Shown here: positions 8,533-17,664 of the stretch, piece by piece
Position numbering within the stretch: position 1 is the first letter of the stretch
Layout of the letters: the number at the start of each line of letters is the position of its first letter
Source: Puia sp.
GTDB lineage: Bacteria; Bacteroidota; Bacteroidia; Chitinophagales; Chitinophagaceae
DNA: 64,000 bases
Direction: 5' to 3'
Assembly (NCBI GenBank): GCA_031292515.1
Contig: JARLGZ010000278.1
Coordinates: 17,891 to 81,890, forward strand
Notes under the pieces: model-generated
Told to the model about the DNA's origin: nothing
The model's input: only the letters and a program-made list of their open reading frames with translations
Databases searched by the model: none
Program-made: the position numbers and the translations under genes

Positions 8533-9753
8533 CTAAACAGCCGCTTTTGCCAGCTCTTCTTTTATTCTTCTTGCCGTGATGTTTATCTGATCGGGCCTCA
8601 TCATCCAGGTCGTGAGGGTCATAAAATCCCTGCCTCCGCCATATGCTTCGATTGAGGGTTCTCCTTTGCGCAGGGCATCCAGCATTTGTTCCCCCGAAAT
8701 CTTGATTTTATCGGTATCCCAACTGATTTTCAGGGTCGGGACATGATCGGCTATAGGGGGAACAAAGGTTTCTGCTCTAACCCCGTTGATCTTTTTTGCC
8801 GCCTCGCCAACCCTGTCGATGCCGGCTTGCCATTCTTTCCACAGTTTGTCCTGGTCAAAGTTTATAAAATGTTCCAATGCCACATACATGGCCAGTATTT
8901 CCTCCTTATTTACTTTCATTCCCCTGCCAATCGTGCCGCTGTGGGGGCTGGCATTCAAACGCGCCGCGGCGACGATTTCCTTTTTTCCCATCAGGATGCC
9001 CGCGCTTTGCGGGCCGCGAATGGCTTTACCTCCTGACAGCGCGACATAACTGAACCCGATATCGTTAAACTTCCAGATATTAGATACGGGTGGCACATTG
9101 GCGGCCATATCGATAGATGCGGGTAAGCGGTGTTTGTTCGCCAGGGCTACCCATTCTTCTTCTTTTATCTTTCCGCTCAGGGAACCGCTCCCCAGGAAAT
9201 GCATGGAAGCCGTTTTCTCATTCACCGCTTTGTCTACGTCGTCGGGCGTCTCAACGTAGACCAGTTTGACCCCGCAGTTGATGAAGGCATGGTTGTAATC
9301 TATCTGGTGGCTTTTCTGGATGATGACTTCCGATTTTATCTCCGTACCTGCCAATTGAGGGATTTGTTTCACTTTCTCGGGATCCATCCCGGTTAGTATG
9401 CCCGCCATGCCGAGCATCAGGGCGGAGAAAGCGCCGGAGGTCACCATGGCCGATTCCGCGTGCGTCAGGGCTGCAATTTTCTCGCCCACCTTGTCCTGCA
9501 ACTCGTCCAGCATGCAGAAGTCTCTGGAACTGTCTTTTATCGTTTCTACGACGTAGTCGTGCATAAGCGAGCCGGACATTGCCGTGATGGTGCCGCGGGC
9601 GTTGATGAATGTGCGCACGCCTAGCTCCTTAAACAAATCCCGTTTGGCGGAGAGCGGAGATGCAGGAGAGGATTCAAAAAACAGTGTCTCTCCTTTTACG
9701 CTTATCGGCAGGCTAAGCAGGCTTAGCCCTTTTATAATATCCCTGCGGTTCAT
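8533..9753 (-). CDS. SelA-like PLP-dependent enzyme with Tat/Sec-type leader
   Basis: The SGGKAIRGPQSAGIL block resembles the PLP-lysine region of L-seryl-tRNA(Sec) selenium transferase-like proteins. The leader is MNRRDIIKGLSLLSLP. The start overlaps the upstream gene's stop (ATGA). Confidence 0.6.
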   Translation of the reverse strand: MNRRDIIKGLSLLSLPISVKGETLFFESSPASPLSAKRDLFKELGVRTFINARGTITAMSGSLMHDYVVETIKDSSRDFCMLDELQDKVGEKIAALTHAESAMVTSGAFSALMLGMAGILTGMDPEKVKQIPQLAGTEIKSEVIIQKSHQIDYNHAFINCGVKLVYVETPDDVDKAVNEKTASMHFLGSGSLSGKIKEEEWVALANKHRLPASIDMAANVPPVSNIWKFNDIGFSYVALSGGKAIRGPQSAGILMGKKEIVAAARLNASPHSGTIGRGMKVNKEEILAMYVALEHFINFDQDKLWKEWQAGIDRVGEAAKKINGVRAETFVPPIADHVPTLKISWDTDKIKISGEQMLDALRKGEPSIEAYGGGRDFMTLTTWMMRPDQINITARRIKEELAKAAV

Positions 9754-11534
9754 TTCGTTTTTTGTTTTGTTTTTTGCGTAGTTGCCGGGTTGTTGTTTTC
9801 GATGGTTTTTCTTACGGCCGCAACGTTCTCAACGGTGACCGGGTCGGCATGGTTGTTAAAATGCTGCCTGATATACGTCAATATCTGCGCAACTTTTGCA
9901 TCGGACAGCATATACATCTTCGGCATGGTATTGTTGTAGGACTTGTTTTTCACCGTGAAGTTCCCCTGCAAACCGTTTAAGACAATACTTATTAACAGGT
10001 TCTTGTCTCCGTTGACCCATTCCGATTCGCTTAGCGGAGGGAACCGTTCGTTACCCAGACCATTTCTCTGGTGGCAGATGGCGCAATAGGTTTTATAGTA
10101 TACGGCTTCGGGCGGCGTAATCTCTTTGTCCAGGTTGTCTTTGACTTCGTCCGGCGTTCTCAGATTCGGGGCCGTTCTTTGGCGTTTTTCCATACCCGCC
10201 AATTGCGCGGTGCTGAAATTTGTTTTATTTCCTGTGTACATGATCCGCCAGATTTTGCCTTTTTCAGAGTCGCATACATACAAGGAGCCGTCGGGACCCA
10301 CGGCCAATCCCATCGGCCGGTATTTCGCGTCACTGGTGTTTACGACGGTGTCGATGCCCGCAAACCCGTCTGCAAAGACCTCCCAGGGGCCGGAAGGCCG
10401 TCCGTCTTTGAAGGGGACAAAGCAAATGCAGTATCCGGCCTGTGGGTAAGGTGCGCTGCTTGTCGAGCCGTGAAAGGCAATAAAAGCGCCATGCTTATAA
10501 CGTTCCGGAAATTGTTCTCCTTCATAAAACAACAGGTCGTTGGGGGCGAAGTGGCCTGGAAAGCCAACCACAGGCTGCAGATAATTTTTCCCGTCTCCTT
10601 CTTTTTTTCCATCGCCGCCATATTCGGGGCTCAGCATCAGCTTACCCTTCATTTGATCGTAATAATAGTAGGGCCAGCCTGCATTCGAGCCGTCTTCCAG
10701 TCTCAGGAACTCTTCGGAAGGGAGTAAGGCGCTCTCCCATTCAGAATAATAGTCAGGCCAGTTGGGATGCAGATAGTCCCTCCCGTGCATGACCGTATAA
10801 AGATGATGATCGTCGTTATTCCAGTCCAATGCGACGATGCTGCGGAGACCGGTTGCAAACTTATGGCCGTCCGTCTGAAACTGGTCTGTTTTGTTGGCAT
10901 CAAAGCGCCAGATGCCTCCTCTCTTTTCCAACAAGGGACAGGAGTCCTGCCCGGGAGACATGGGGGTCCTGTCGCTAACCTGGCAGCAATCGGATGGCGC
11001 ACCGAAAGGAACATACATATTTCCCTGGTCGTCAAAGGCGATAGGTTTTGTATCATGTTGCCTGGGTGGTTGCGTATCGGTCAGCATCAATTCAATCTTG
11101 CTGTCGGGTACTAATTGACCGGGGGTTAGTCTCTGGCGAAAAACCCGTGTAACGGAGCTGAAATACAGGTATCCATTGTGTATCCTCATGCTGGTACCAT
11201 AGCTCGATTTGTCAATATATTCGTCGAAGTATTCGATCCGGTCTGCCCTGCCATCGTTGTCTTCGTCCCTTAGCGCGGCGTTTTGGCCGCCGGGGCCGGG
11301 GAATCTCAGCTTTGCATAGATATCCCCGTTGCTATTGACGGCAAGATGCCGGATGGCCCCCTTGAGGCTGTCAACGACGACAACGACGGCGAAACTATCG
11401 GGGACGAAAAGTCCGCCGTTGCGGGGATCGAATACCGGTGCGCTGTATCTGTGTTTGCACTGGCTAAGACAGCAGAGGACCAGCAATGAAATGACAAAAA
11501 TAGAAGAAATAAAACCCCGTCTTTTGGATCTCAT
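9750..11534 (-). CDS. Beta-propeller sugar dehydrogenase-like protein (PQQ/sorbosone dehydrogenase type) with C-terminal c-type cytochrome domain
   Basis: N-terminal signal anchor. Propeller-like blades are present (e.g. PMGLAVGPDGSLYVCDSEKGKIWRI). The C-terminal CAICH heme-binding motif with downstream NNTMP is typical of class I cytochrome c. Confidence 0.65.
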   Translation of the reverse strand: MRSKRRGFISSIFVISLLVLCCLSQCKHRYSAPVFDPRNGGLFVPDSFAVVVVVDSLKGAIRHLAVNSNGDIYAKLRFPGPGGQNAALRDEDNDGRADRIEYFDEYIDKSSYGTSMRIHNGYLYFSSVTRVFRQRLTPGQLVPDSKIELMLTDTQPPRQHDTKPIAFDDQGNMYVPFGAPSDCCQVSDRTPMSPGQDSCPLLEKRGGIWRFDANKTDQFQTDGHKFATGLRSIVALDWNNDDHHLYTVMHGRDYLHPNWPDYYSEWESALLPSEEFLRLEDGSNAGWPYYYYDQMKGKLMLSPEYGGDGKKEGDGKNYLQPVVGFPGHFAPNDLLFYEGEQFPERYKHGAFIAFHGSTSSAPYPQAGYCICFVPFKDGRPSGPWEVFADGFAGIDTVVNTSDAKYRPMGLAVGPDGSLYVCDSEKGKIWRIMYTGNKTNFSTAQLAGMEKRQRTAPNLRTPDEVKDNLDKEITPPEAVYYKTYCAICHQRNGLGNERFPPLSESEWVNGDKNLLISIVLNGLQGNFTVKNKSYNNTMPKMYMLSDAKVAQILTYIRQHFNNHADPVTVENVAAVRKTIENNNPATTQKTKQKTK

Positions 11535-11693
11535 GGTGCAGCTTGTTTTTTTATTAGTCGTTTGATTGTGGGGAGGATCATCCCCCGCGATTCATAAGGC
11601 GGGCTAATCGTCGGACGATCTGTCCAAATATCCGGGATGTCTTTCATATATGAGTTTGACAACATTACGGGCGGTAAAAAATACGGCATCATC

Positions 11694-11723
11694 GGGGGTA
11701 GGGTAGGGAGCAGGGAGGGAGGG
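11694..11723 (+). other. Canonical G-quadruplex-forming motif
   Basis: GGGGG TA GGG TA GGG AGCA GGG A GGG A GGG: six G3+ tracts with 1-4-nt loops, in the divergent intergenic region. Confidence 0.7.
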
Positions 11724-11774
11724 AAACCCCGGGCGTGGGCTGTCAGGGGCCTCATTTTTTCCAAAATAGACTGT

Positions 11775-11818
11775 CCATCAGATTTGAGGGTGTTTTCCAT
11801 CAGATTTGACGGTGTTTT
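11775..11818 (+). repeat. 22-nt tandem direct repeat (2 copies, 21/22 identical)
   Basis: CCATCAGATTTGAGGGTGTTTT / CCATCAGATTTGACGGTGTTTT, located 71 nt upstream of the ATG at 11889. Confidence 0.85.
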
Positions 11819-11888
11819 TGTTTCCGAAGATTTTTGCGGATATTGTAAGGAATTAATCGATGTCCCAATGGGTATCAGGAGCCGGACA

Positions 11889-12215
11889 ATGAAATGGAAA
11901 ACGACTTTATTATTGACGACACTTGCTTTTGCGGCATGTACTACGCCCGCCATGATCATGAAATCCTGGGTGGGGCATAAAGAAAGCGAGCTTTATCGTC
12001 AATGGGGCCCTCCTTCAAAAGTAATCGACAACGGCGGCAACGGCAAAATTGTGGTGTATATCCCGGATATGAACAATAAAGACGGAATGAAACAAAGATA
12101 CAGGAATGCAGGCCAGCCGGTCGAATACCTCAGCCCCCGAAACAATGAATACAAGAGGATAAAGTCATTTTATATCACTCCACTGGGTAATATCTATGCA
12201 TGGAAATGGGAATAA
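11889..12215 (+). CDS. Small lipoprotein, unknown function
   Basis: Start chosen at MKWKTTLLLTTLAFAACTTP (lipobox FAAC). The ORF-track extension to 11637 covers the G-rich and repeat region and is unlikely to be coding. Confidence 0.5.
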   Translation: MKWKTTLLLTTLAFAACTTPAMIMKSWVGHKESELYRQWGPPSKVIDNGGNGKIVVYIPDMNNKDGMKQRYRNAGQPVEYLSPRNNEYKRIKSFYITPLGNIYAWKWE

Positions 12216-12426
12216 AGTATGCCTGGAGATGGGAGTAATGCCTGATCCCTTTCCCCTGTACTCCTTATCCGTATAATCGAATATGCATTTGCAGAGATCG
12301 GCCGCCCGGCGCATCATTCATTTCAAAATAAATTGCCCCGCCATGAAACGGAATGGGCTTTGAATAGGTCTATTACATAGTTGATTTCTTCCTCGTCTAA
12401 GGAGACGGAATTCTCAAAAACAGTAT

Positions 12427-13614
12427 ATGGCCGCATTTATGAATTTTGCCGCTTCCCCGGGAAGTCATTCCGTGGATAGGGGAGTGGATTGCGTTGAATT
12501 TCAGTCGTTTGATACCAGGACCGGTAAAAATAACCGGTATGCCGGCAGTGGCTTTTTTTACATTGGCAATGAATCGGCGAGCATCGGAAAAATGGTGAGT
12601 GCTTTCAAAAATGGGTATGCCTCCCCGTGTCCTCAGGATGCCAGACAAGAACTGCTTCGTTGCCTCCAAAGAGAAAAAGAGGCAGTTCCGGAGGTGATCT
12701 TCTGCGAGGGAAATTTGGATTTTGTTGCCATCAGAAACTTGTATCGTTTTGTCAGCAGACATCCTGTGCTTGGGTCCGTTCCATTTGTGCTGAATGCCGA
12801 CGGGTTATCCGCGAAAGAGCTGGCTTATCGCCGTAGAAACAGGGTTTCGGACGAGATGGTCTTCCTGGCGAAGCATAGTCCCGAGAGCCTGCTTTCAAAG
12901 ACACGGTTCTACCGAAGGGTCAAGACCCGGAACAGTGAAATGAGCCTGCCGAAAAAAGCGTCGATGCTTTCTTTCGGTTCATTTGACTTTCATCCGGGTT
13001 TATTGCTTAAGAGGATATTCGATATAATTGTGGCGTCCCTCTGCCTGCTTGTCCTTTCGCCTCTATTCCTGGTAATCTCGCTTGCCATCCGTATCGATTC
13101 AAAAGGACCGGTCTTCTATGTTTCGAAGAGAGCGGGAAAAGGATTTCGGATCTTTAATTTCTATAAATTCCGCACGATGCGAACGGGCGCAGATGCCGAG
13201 ATAGCGGTCATCTCCCACCTGAACCAGTATGATGTGGACAATAGCGGACCGGTGTTTGTGAAGATAAAAAATGATCCAAGGGTCACCAAAATCGGGAAGT
13301 TCCTCCGTAATTCAAGCCTCGATGAACTGCCTCAGATATTGAATGTACTGTTCGGGCATATGTCTTTTGTGGGAAATCGTCCTCTTCCGCTTTATGAGGC
13401 TACGACCTTGACAACCGACCATTGGGCGAAACGGTTTATGGCTCCCGCCGGTATTACCGGTCTCTGGCAGATAAAGAAAAGAGGCAAGGAGGACATGTCG
13501 GTGGAAGAGAGGATCAACCTGGACATAGATTATGCCGACAAAGGCAATTTGATGTACGACTTGTGGATTATCGCCAATACTCCTTCGGCTCTTCTGCAAA
13601 AAACCAGTGTCTGA
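12427..13614 (+). CDS. Polyprenyl-phosphate phosphoglycosyl transferase (bacterial sugar transferase family) with N-terminal receiver-like domain
   Basis: The C-terminal half has FDIIVASLCLLVLSPLFLVISLAIRIDSKGPVFY, KFRTM, DELPQILNVLFGHMSFVGNRP and DIDY blocks of the Bac_transf family. The N-terminal ~150 aa shows an alternating beta/alpha receiver-like pattern. A shorter product from the ATG at 12940 cannot be excluded. Confidence 0.85.
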   Translation: MAAFMNFAASPGSHSVDRGVDCVEFQSFDTRTGKNNRYAGSGFFYIGNESASIGKMVSAFKNGYASPCPQDARQELLRCLQREKEAVPEVIFCEGNLDFVAIRNLYRFVSRHPVLGSVPFVLNADGLSAKELAYRRRNRVSDEMVFLAKHSPESLLSKTRFYRRVKTRNSEMSLPKKASMLSFGSFDFHPGLLLKRIFDIIVASLCLLVLSPLFLVISLAIRIDSKGPVFYVSKRAGKGFRIFNFYKFRTMRTGADAEIAVISHLNQYDVDNSGPVFVKIKNDPRVTKIGKFLRNSSLDELPQILNVLFGHMSFVGNRPLPLYEATTLTTDHWAKRFMAPAGITGLWQIKKRGKEDMSVEERINLDIDYADKGNLMYDLWIIANTPSALLQKTSV

Positions 13615-13655
13615 CAAGAATAGGATCAATCTGGTATTTGCAAAGATCAAACCAC

Positions 13656-14897
13656 TCAGGGATATCCAAGTTCCTCGCCGATGGCGTGCAGAAGATACCC
13701 CTTTTTGTCATTGCTGTATTCCCAGAACATCACCCCCGCCAGCCTGTTCTTTTCGACATACCTGCATTTGTCCTTCACGGACTCTTCGTCATCATAGGAG
13801 AGGAGTATCTTTTGATCGGCCTGGAAAATATATGGGGCATGGGCATCCGCATCCCAATACCTGGCAAATCCATTCCGGCCGACGATACTGTCTTTTATCA
13901 GGGTATAGTCGCTTTCCCTGCCAACCTGGTGGAAGAGGGGGCTTTTCGCAGATCTATCCGAAGCCTCGTATAATCCATGACGGTCGGTTGTCTTCACCGT
14001 CCAGCTATGTGCGTAGAAGGCGATCCCCATCACCAGTTTCGAGGAAGGGACGCCTGCGGCCTCGAATAAGCGGACAGCCTTGTCGGCGCAGGGTTTTGCC
14101 GTGTCCGGGTCGAGTTTTGACGGGTACAGGTTGGTATGATGACCGGAGAGATCGTCTCCCCCTTCCCGGAAGTCATAGCTCATGATATTCACGTAGTCCA
14201 GGTAGCGCTGTACTTTGCCCATTTCCGTGTGTTCTATAAATGGCCGGTCCGCGCCGACCGCGGTTGTGGTGAAATAGTGTTTTGCGTTTACCGTGCCCAG
14301 GCTATCGAGCCCTTCCCGGAGCTTTTTAAAGAACAGGGTATAATCTTGTTTGTCCTCCGGCCTGAACTTATTGCCATCCCCGATCTGCCCGGGATATTCC
14401 CAGTCGATATCCACCCCGTCAAGGTCATACCGGGAGACGATGTCGATTGCGCTCGAAGCGAAGACGGCCCTGGTGGAATCCGTCAACACTGCGTCGGAAA
14501 ATAGTTTACTCCACGACCATCCGCCGATCGAGATTAATATTTTCAGGTCGGGGTTTCGCGCTTTCAACCCCACGAGGTAACGGAGGTTGACGGTATCGAC
14601 CGCTTCATGGTGCAGCCAGGCCCGGTCATTCCTGATATCGACAAATGCATAGTTGATGTGTGAAAGACGGCTGACATCGATCGAATCTTTCAGGAGGCCG
14701 CGGTATCCCCCGACATAGCCGATTACCACCCTCCTGTTCCTACCCGGCGGCCCTATTCTCCCTTTTTTCCCGTCCGGGAAAAGCTCCGGCTGTCTTTCCA
14801 AAGCAGGGATGCGCTGATGGCTCGCGCGGTATGAGAAGGCGGCAAGGGCCAGGATGGGCAACGCTGTCAGAAAGAGCGGGGAAAAACGAATTTTCAT
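13656..14897 (-). CDS. Glycoside hydrolase family 18 (chitinase-like), secreted
   Basis: Catalytic DGVDIDWEYP (DxxDxDxE) motif, plus the SIGGW and MSYDF blocks. Start chosen at MKIRFSPLFLTALPILALAA (signal peptide). Confidence 0.9.
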   Translation of the reverse strand: MKIRFSPLFLTALPILALAAFSYRASHQRIPALERQPELFPDGKKGRIGPPGRNRRVVIGYVGGYRGLLKDSIDVSRLSHINYAFVDIRNDRAWLHHEAVDTVNLRYLVGLKARNPDLKILISIGGWSWSKLFSDAVLTDSTRAVFASSAIDIVSRYDLDGVDIDWEYPGQIGDGNKFRPEDKQDYTLFFKKLREGLDSLGTVNAKHYFTTTAVGADRPFIEHTEMGKVQRYLDYVNIMSYDFREGGDDLSGHHTNLYPSKLDPDTAKPCADKAVRLFEAAGVPSSKLVMGIAFYAHSWTVKTTDRHGLYEASDRSAKSPLFHQVGRESDYTLIKDSIVGRNGFARYWDADAHAPYIFQADQKILLSYDDEESVKDKCRYVEKNRLAGVMFWEYSNDKKGYLLHAIGEELGYP

Positions 14898-15008
14898 GAT
14901 AGGAAAGTAGGCGAAAAGCGTGTAATGGCAAAACGCCGGTGGCCGAACCATCCCGAAAACCATCCGCCCATACTATTTCATTCATTTTCCTTATTTTCAG
15001 GATACGAT

Positions 15009-15638
15009 ATGAAATCATCAATAGCTGTCTCCTTTATCATTTTCATGTTTGCCGGGCTCTTCGGTTGCAGGAATCAGTCGATTCCGTTGTTTGACGGGAG
15101 GACTTTCGACGGGTGGGAGGGAGATACGGCAGAGACCTGGCATATTCTGGATGGTGCCCTGGTGGGTGGTTCGCTGACGGATACCGTGCCACACAACTTC
15201 TTTCTTGTCACCACGCGCAGTTTTGGAAACTTCGATCTGCGCCTGAAGTTTAAACTCGTAAGCAAAGAGGGCTTTTCAAACGCAGGCGTGCAATTCCATA
15301 GCCAGCGATTAAAAGATCCGCCTTATGAGATGTCGGGCTACCAGGCCGATCTGGGTAGGGGATACTGGGCCAGCCTCTATGATGAATCCCGCCGCAATAA
15401 GACGCTGGCCGCGCCGGATTCGCTGTTGGTTCAGAAAATACTAAAGCCGGATGATTGGAATGATTACGAGGTGAAGACCTTGAACGGGCATATCACGATT
15501 TTCCTAAACGGCCAACAGACGGTTGACTACACAGAAACCGACAAGACCCTTCCGCAGCAGGGCTTTATCGGGCTCCAGATCCATGGCGGCGGCAAGACAC
15601 AGGCGTCTTACAAGGATATCACGATTGAGGAAAAATAG
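15009..15638 (+). CDS. DUF1080 (3-keto-disaccharide hydrolase-like) lipoprotein
   Basis: IPLFDGRTFDGWEG near the N-terminus, GLQIHGGG and a terminal YKDITIEE are typical of PF06439-type proteins. The lipobox is LFGC. Confidence 0.8.
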   Translation: MKSSIAVSFIIFMFAGLFGCRNQSIPLFDGRTFDGWEGDTAETWHILDGALVGGSLTDTVPHNFFLVTTRSFGNFDLRLKFKLVSKEGFSNAGVQFHSQRLKDPPYEMSGYQADLGRGYWASLYDESRRNKTLAAPDSLLVQKILKPDDWNDYEVKTLNGHITIFLNGQQTVDYTETDKTLPQQGFIGLQIHGGGKTQASYKDITIEEK

Positions 15639-16387
15639 TCATTTTTACAATAGGATCTGCCGCTAGCCGCCTCCTGCGCCATTCTTTCCATCTTCGTCAA
15701 AGTGGTCTCACTGCCGCATCCCTCAAAATAATAATGGGCAGCAATGAATTTCTTTACATGCCCACGGGTCTCGGCCGGCAGATAGGACTGCAAGGCCCAG
15801 AAATTCCGGCTTCCCGATTGACGGATCGCCTGGTATACAGGGCCGGGACCGCTATTATAAGCAGCCAGTACCAGCAACCAATCACCGAATTCACTATACA
15901 AATCCCTGAGGTAGAGAGCGGCGGCCTTCGTGCTTTTATCATATTGGGTGCGTTCATCCCGGGTATTGGTGATCTTCAGACCTAATATTTGAGCGGTTTG
16001 CGGCATCAACTGCCAGGGTCCTGCAGCTCCAACCCTGGAAACGGCCCGTGTCTTTAACTCGGATTCGATGACCGCCAGGTACTTTAACTGAAGGGGCAGC
16101 TTGTATTTCCGGAAAATGGAGTCGATCGTCGAAAAGGGTTGACGGCTTCTTTGACGGATGCTGTATAGTTCCGTTCTGTTTTGCCGGATATAGGTTTTTA
16201 CGAATTGTTTTGCGTGTTTATTCAGAGAGGTCTTCTCTATCGCTGTCATTGAAGAGAAATAATAATGATTCTCCTGTGAAACCCGGTTCTCCTTTCCACC
16301 CGTTTCCAGATGGACAGGAAACGGTGTTATGAGCAGAAAGCAAAGGCTTACCGGGAGACTCCTGATCAAAAATGTTTCTTTCGGCAT
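15608..16387 (-). CDS. Lytic transglycosylase (SLT domain)
   Basis: YLAVIESELKTRAVSRVGAAGPWQLMPQTA contains the catalytic E-S and the GxxQ(L/M)MP motif of family-1 lytic transglycosylases, followed by AYNSG. The 3' end overlaps the convergent DUF1080 gene by 31 nt. Confidence 0.8.
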   Translation of the reverse strand: MPKETFLIRSLPVSLCFLLITPFPVHLETGGKENRVSQENHYYFSSMTAIEKTSLNKHAKQFVKTYIRQNRTELYSIRQRSRQPFSTIDSIFRKYKLPLQLKYLAVIESELKTRAVSRVGAAGPWQLMPQTAQILGLKITNTRDERTQYDKSTKAAALYLRDLYSEFGDWLLVLAAYNSGPGPVYQAIRQSGSRNFWALQSYLPAETRGHVKKFIAAHYYFEGCGSETTLTKMERMAQEAASGRSYCKNDYFSSIVISL

Positions 16388-16664
16388 AGTTTTCAGTTTG
16401 GACCCGGATGGTTGCCGGGGCTCAGGGTAATGCCGGTAGTTTTCAATCGGAATGCCAGCCTGTAAAGCGCTATAAACATGAAGGTTGGAGGAAACTTTTG
16501 AATATGAATATTCCCAAAATGGAGCGGGGATTCCCGTGTATAGAATGCATGTGACGGATCGTAGATTTACGTGGGTTCATTCGTCCTTCAACGCCGCATA
16601 CATTTTGAAGTTGCCGGGTCTTCCCCGCACCGGAACGAGGTTCATGATATTGATACGGGCTAGT

Positions 16665-17585
16665 TTAATGATGTGAAAAGACCGGGCTATTCTGCAGGAA
16701 CAAAAGAAAGTTGTCGGGGTTGTTGATGATGTCGTTGTGTGCACGCGGGCTGTGTATAAAAAGCAGCCTGTCGTTTTTTAACAGCGCCCGTGTTAAAGAA
16801 GTCTCTTCGACGGTGGCATAGGCGAGGGGTTCTTTTGCAAGCGAGGTCATCATGTTCCTTGTCTCTTCATCTGTTCCTCCATGATCCGTATAGATATCGA
16901 TAAAACGATGGCGCGGGCTCTCTTTGATCCAGTTCATGAACTTTTCGGTGTCGGCGTATAACGCGTCGAAAAGAATCGTCTCCTTAACCGGGAGGCCGCC
17001 GTTTTTCAGGATATTCGCCATCACCCGGTAGGCCCCGCTGTGACCCGCCAGCAGGATATTCCCGGGCTTACTCCTTTTTTTGCATATTTTCTCCTCTTTC
17101 AGTTTTTCCAGGACATCCGCCACCAATTCCTTAAAGACACCGGGGTTCTCCAGTCTGCCTCCATAGCTGTCGGGGGCGTCTTTGGCTGTTTCCGCCAGGA
17201 CCAGCACGGCATTCAGACGGGCCGCGGCAAATTGTGCGGCGAGCTGATAGCGGACAACGGCGCTGTCGATATTATTGTTCCATCCATGAAACCAGCATAT
17301 GAGATTTACCTTTTTTCCGATGGCTGCCATTTTCGGGACGATAATCAACACCGAACTATCCATGTAGTGTGTGGGCGCATCGTATAAGACTTTGTTATAC
17401 AGATGGCCATTCGACCGTCCGGTGTCCGGAAACGAAGTATGGCTGGAATAGATACGGAAAATAGAAAGAATGGCGGCAGGCTGCTGTGCGATGCCTGCTG
17501 CCGGTAAAATGGCTGATAACGAGATGAGCAGGTATCGCCTGATGAATGCGAACAGGCATCTTTTCGTGACACGGTCTTTTTTCAT
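16665..17585 (-). CDS. Secreted hypothetical protein, possible alpha/beta hydrolase
   Basis: Signal peptide LISLSAILPAAGIAQQ and a GHSGA nucleophile-elbow-like motif (LLAGHSGAY). No stronger family signature was recognised. Confidence 0.45.
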   Translation of the reverse strand: MKKDRVTKRCLFAFIRRYLLISLSAILPAAGIAQQPAAILSIFRIYSSHTSFPDTGRSNGHLYNKVLYDAPTHYMDSSVLIIVPKMAAIGKKVNLICWFHGWNNNIDSAVVRYQLAAQFAAARLNAVLVLAETAKDAPDSYGGRLENPGVFKELVADVLEKLKEEKICKKRSKPGNILLAGHSGAYRVMANILKNGGLPVKETILFDALYADTEKFMNWIKESPRHRFIDIYTDHGGTDEETRNMMTSLAKEPLAYATVEETSLTRALLKNDRLLFIHSPRAHNDIINNPDNFLLFLQNSPVFSHH

Positions 17586-17664
17586 GACACTAATTTAAAG
17601 GATCATTTGGGGATAACATCGGAGACCTCGCATTTACCTATATTTGCCGGCTAATATTTGCCTT

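Noticed and set aside
11531-11959. 142-aa minus-strand ORF spanning the G-rich and tandem-repeat intergenic region.
   Set aside because: It overlaps the starts of both flanking genes. Its sequence is driven by the C-rich complement of the G4 motif (PPSLLPTLPPMMPYFLPP), and no family features are present.
16485-16676. 63-aa ORF in the 277-nt gap between the transglycosylase and the hydrolase-like gene.
   Set aside because: No recognisable motif, signal peptide or ribosome-binding context. It overlaps the 3' end of the neighbouring minus-strand gene.
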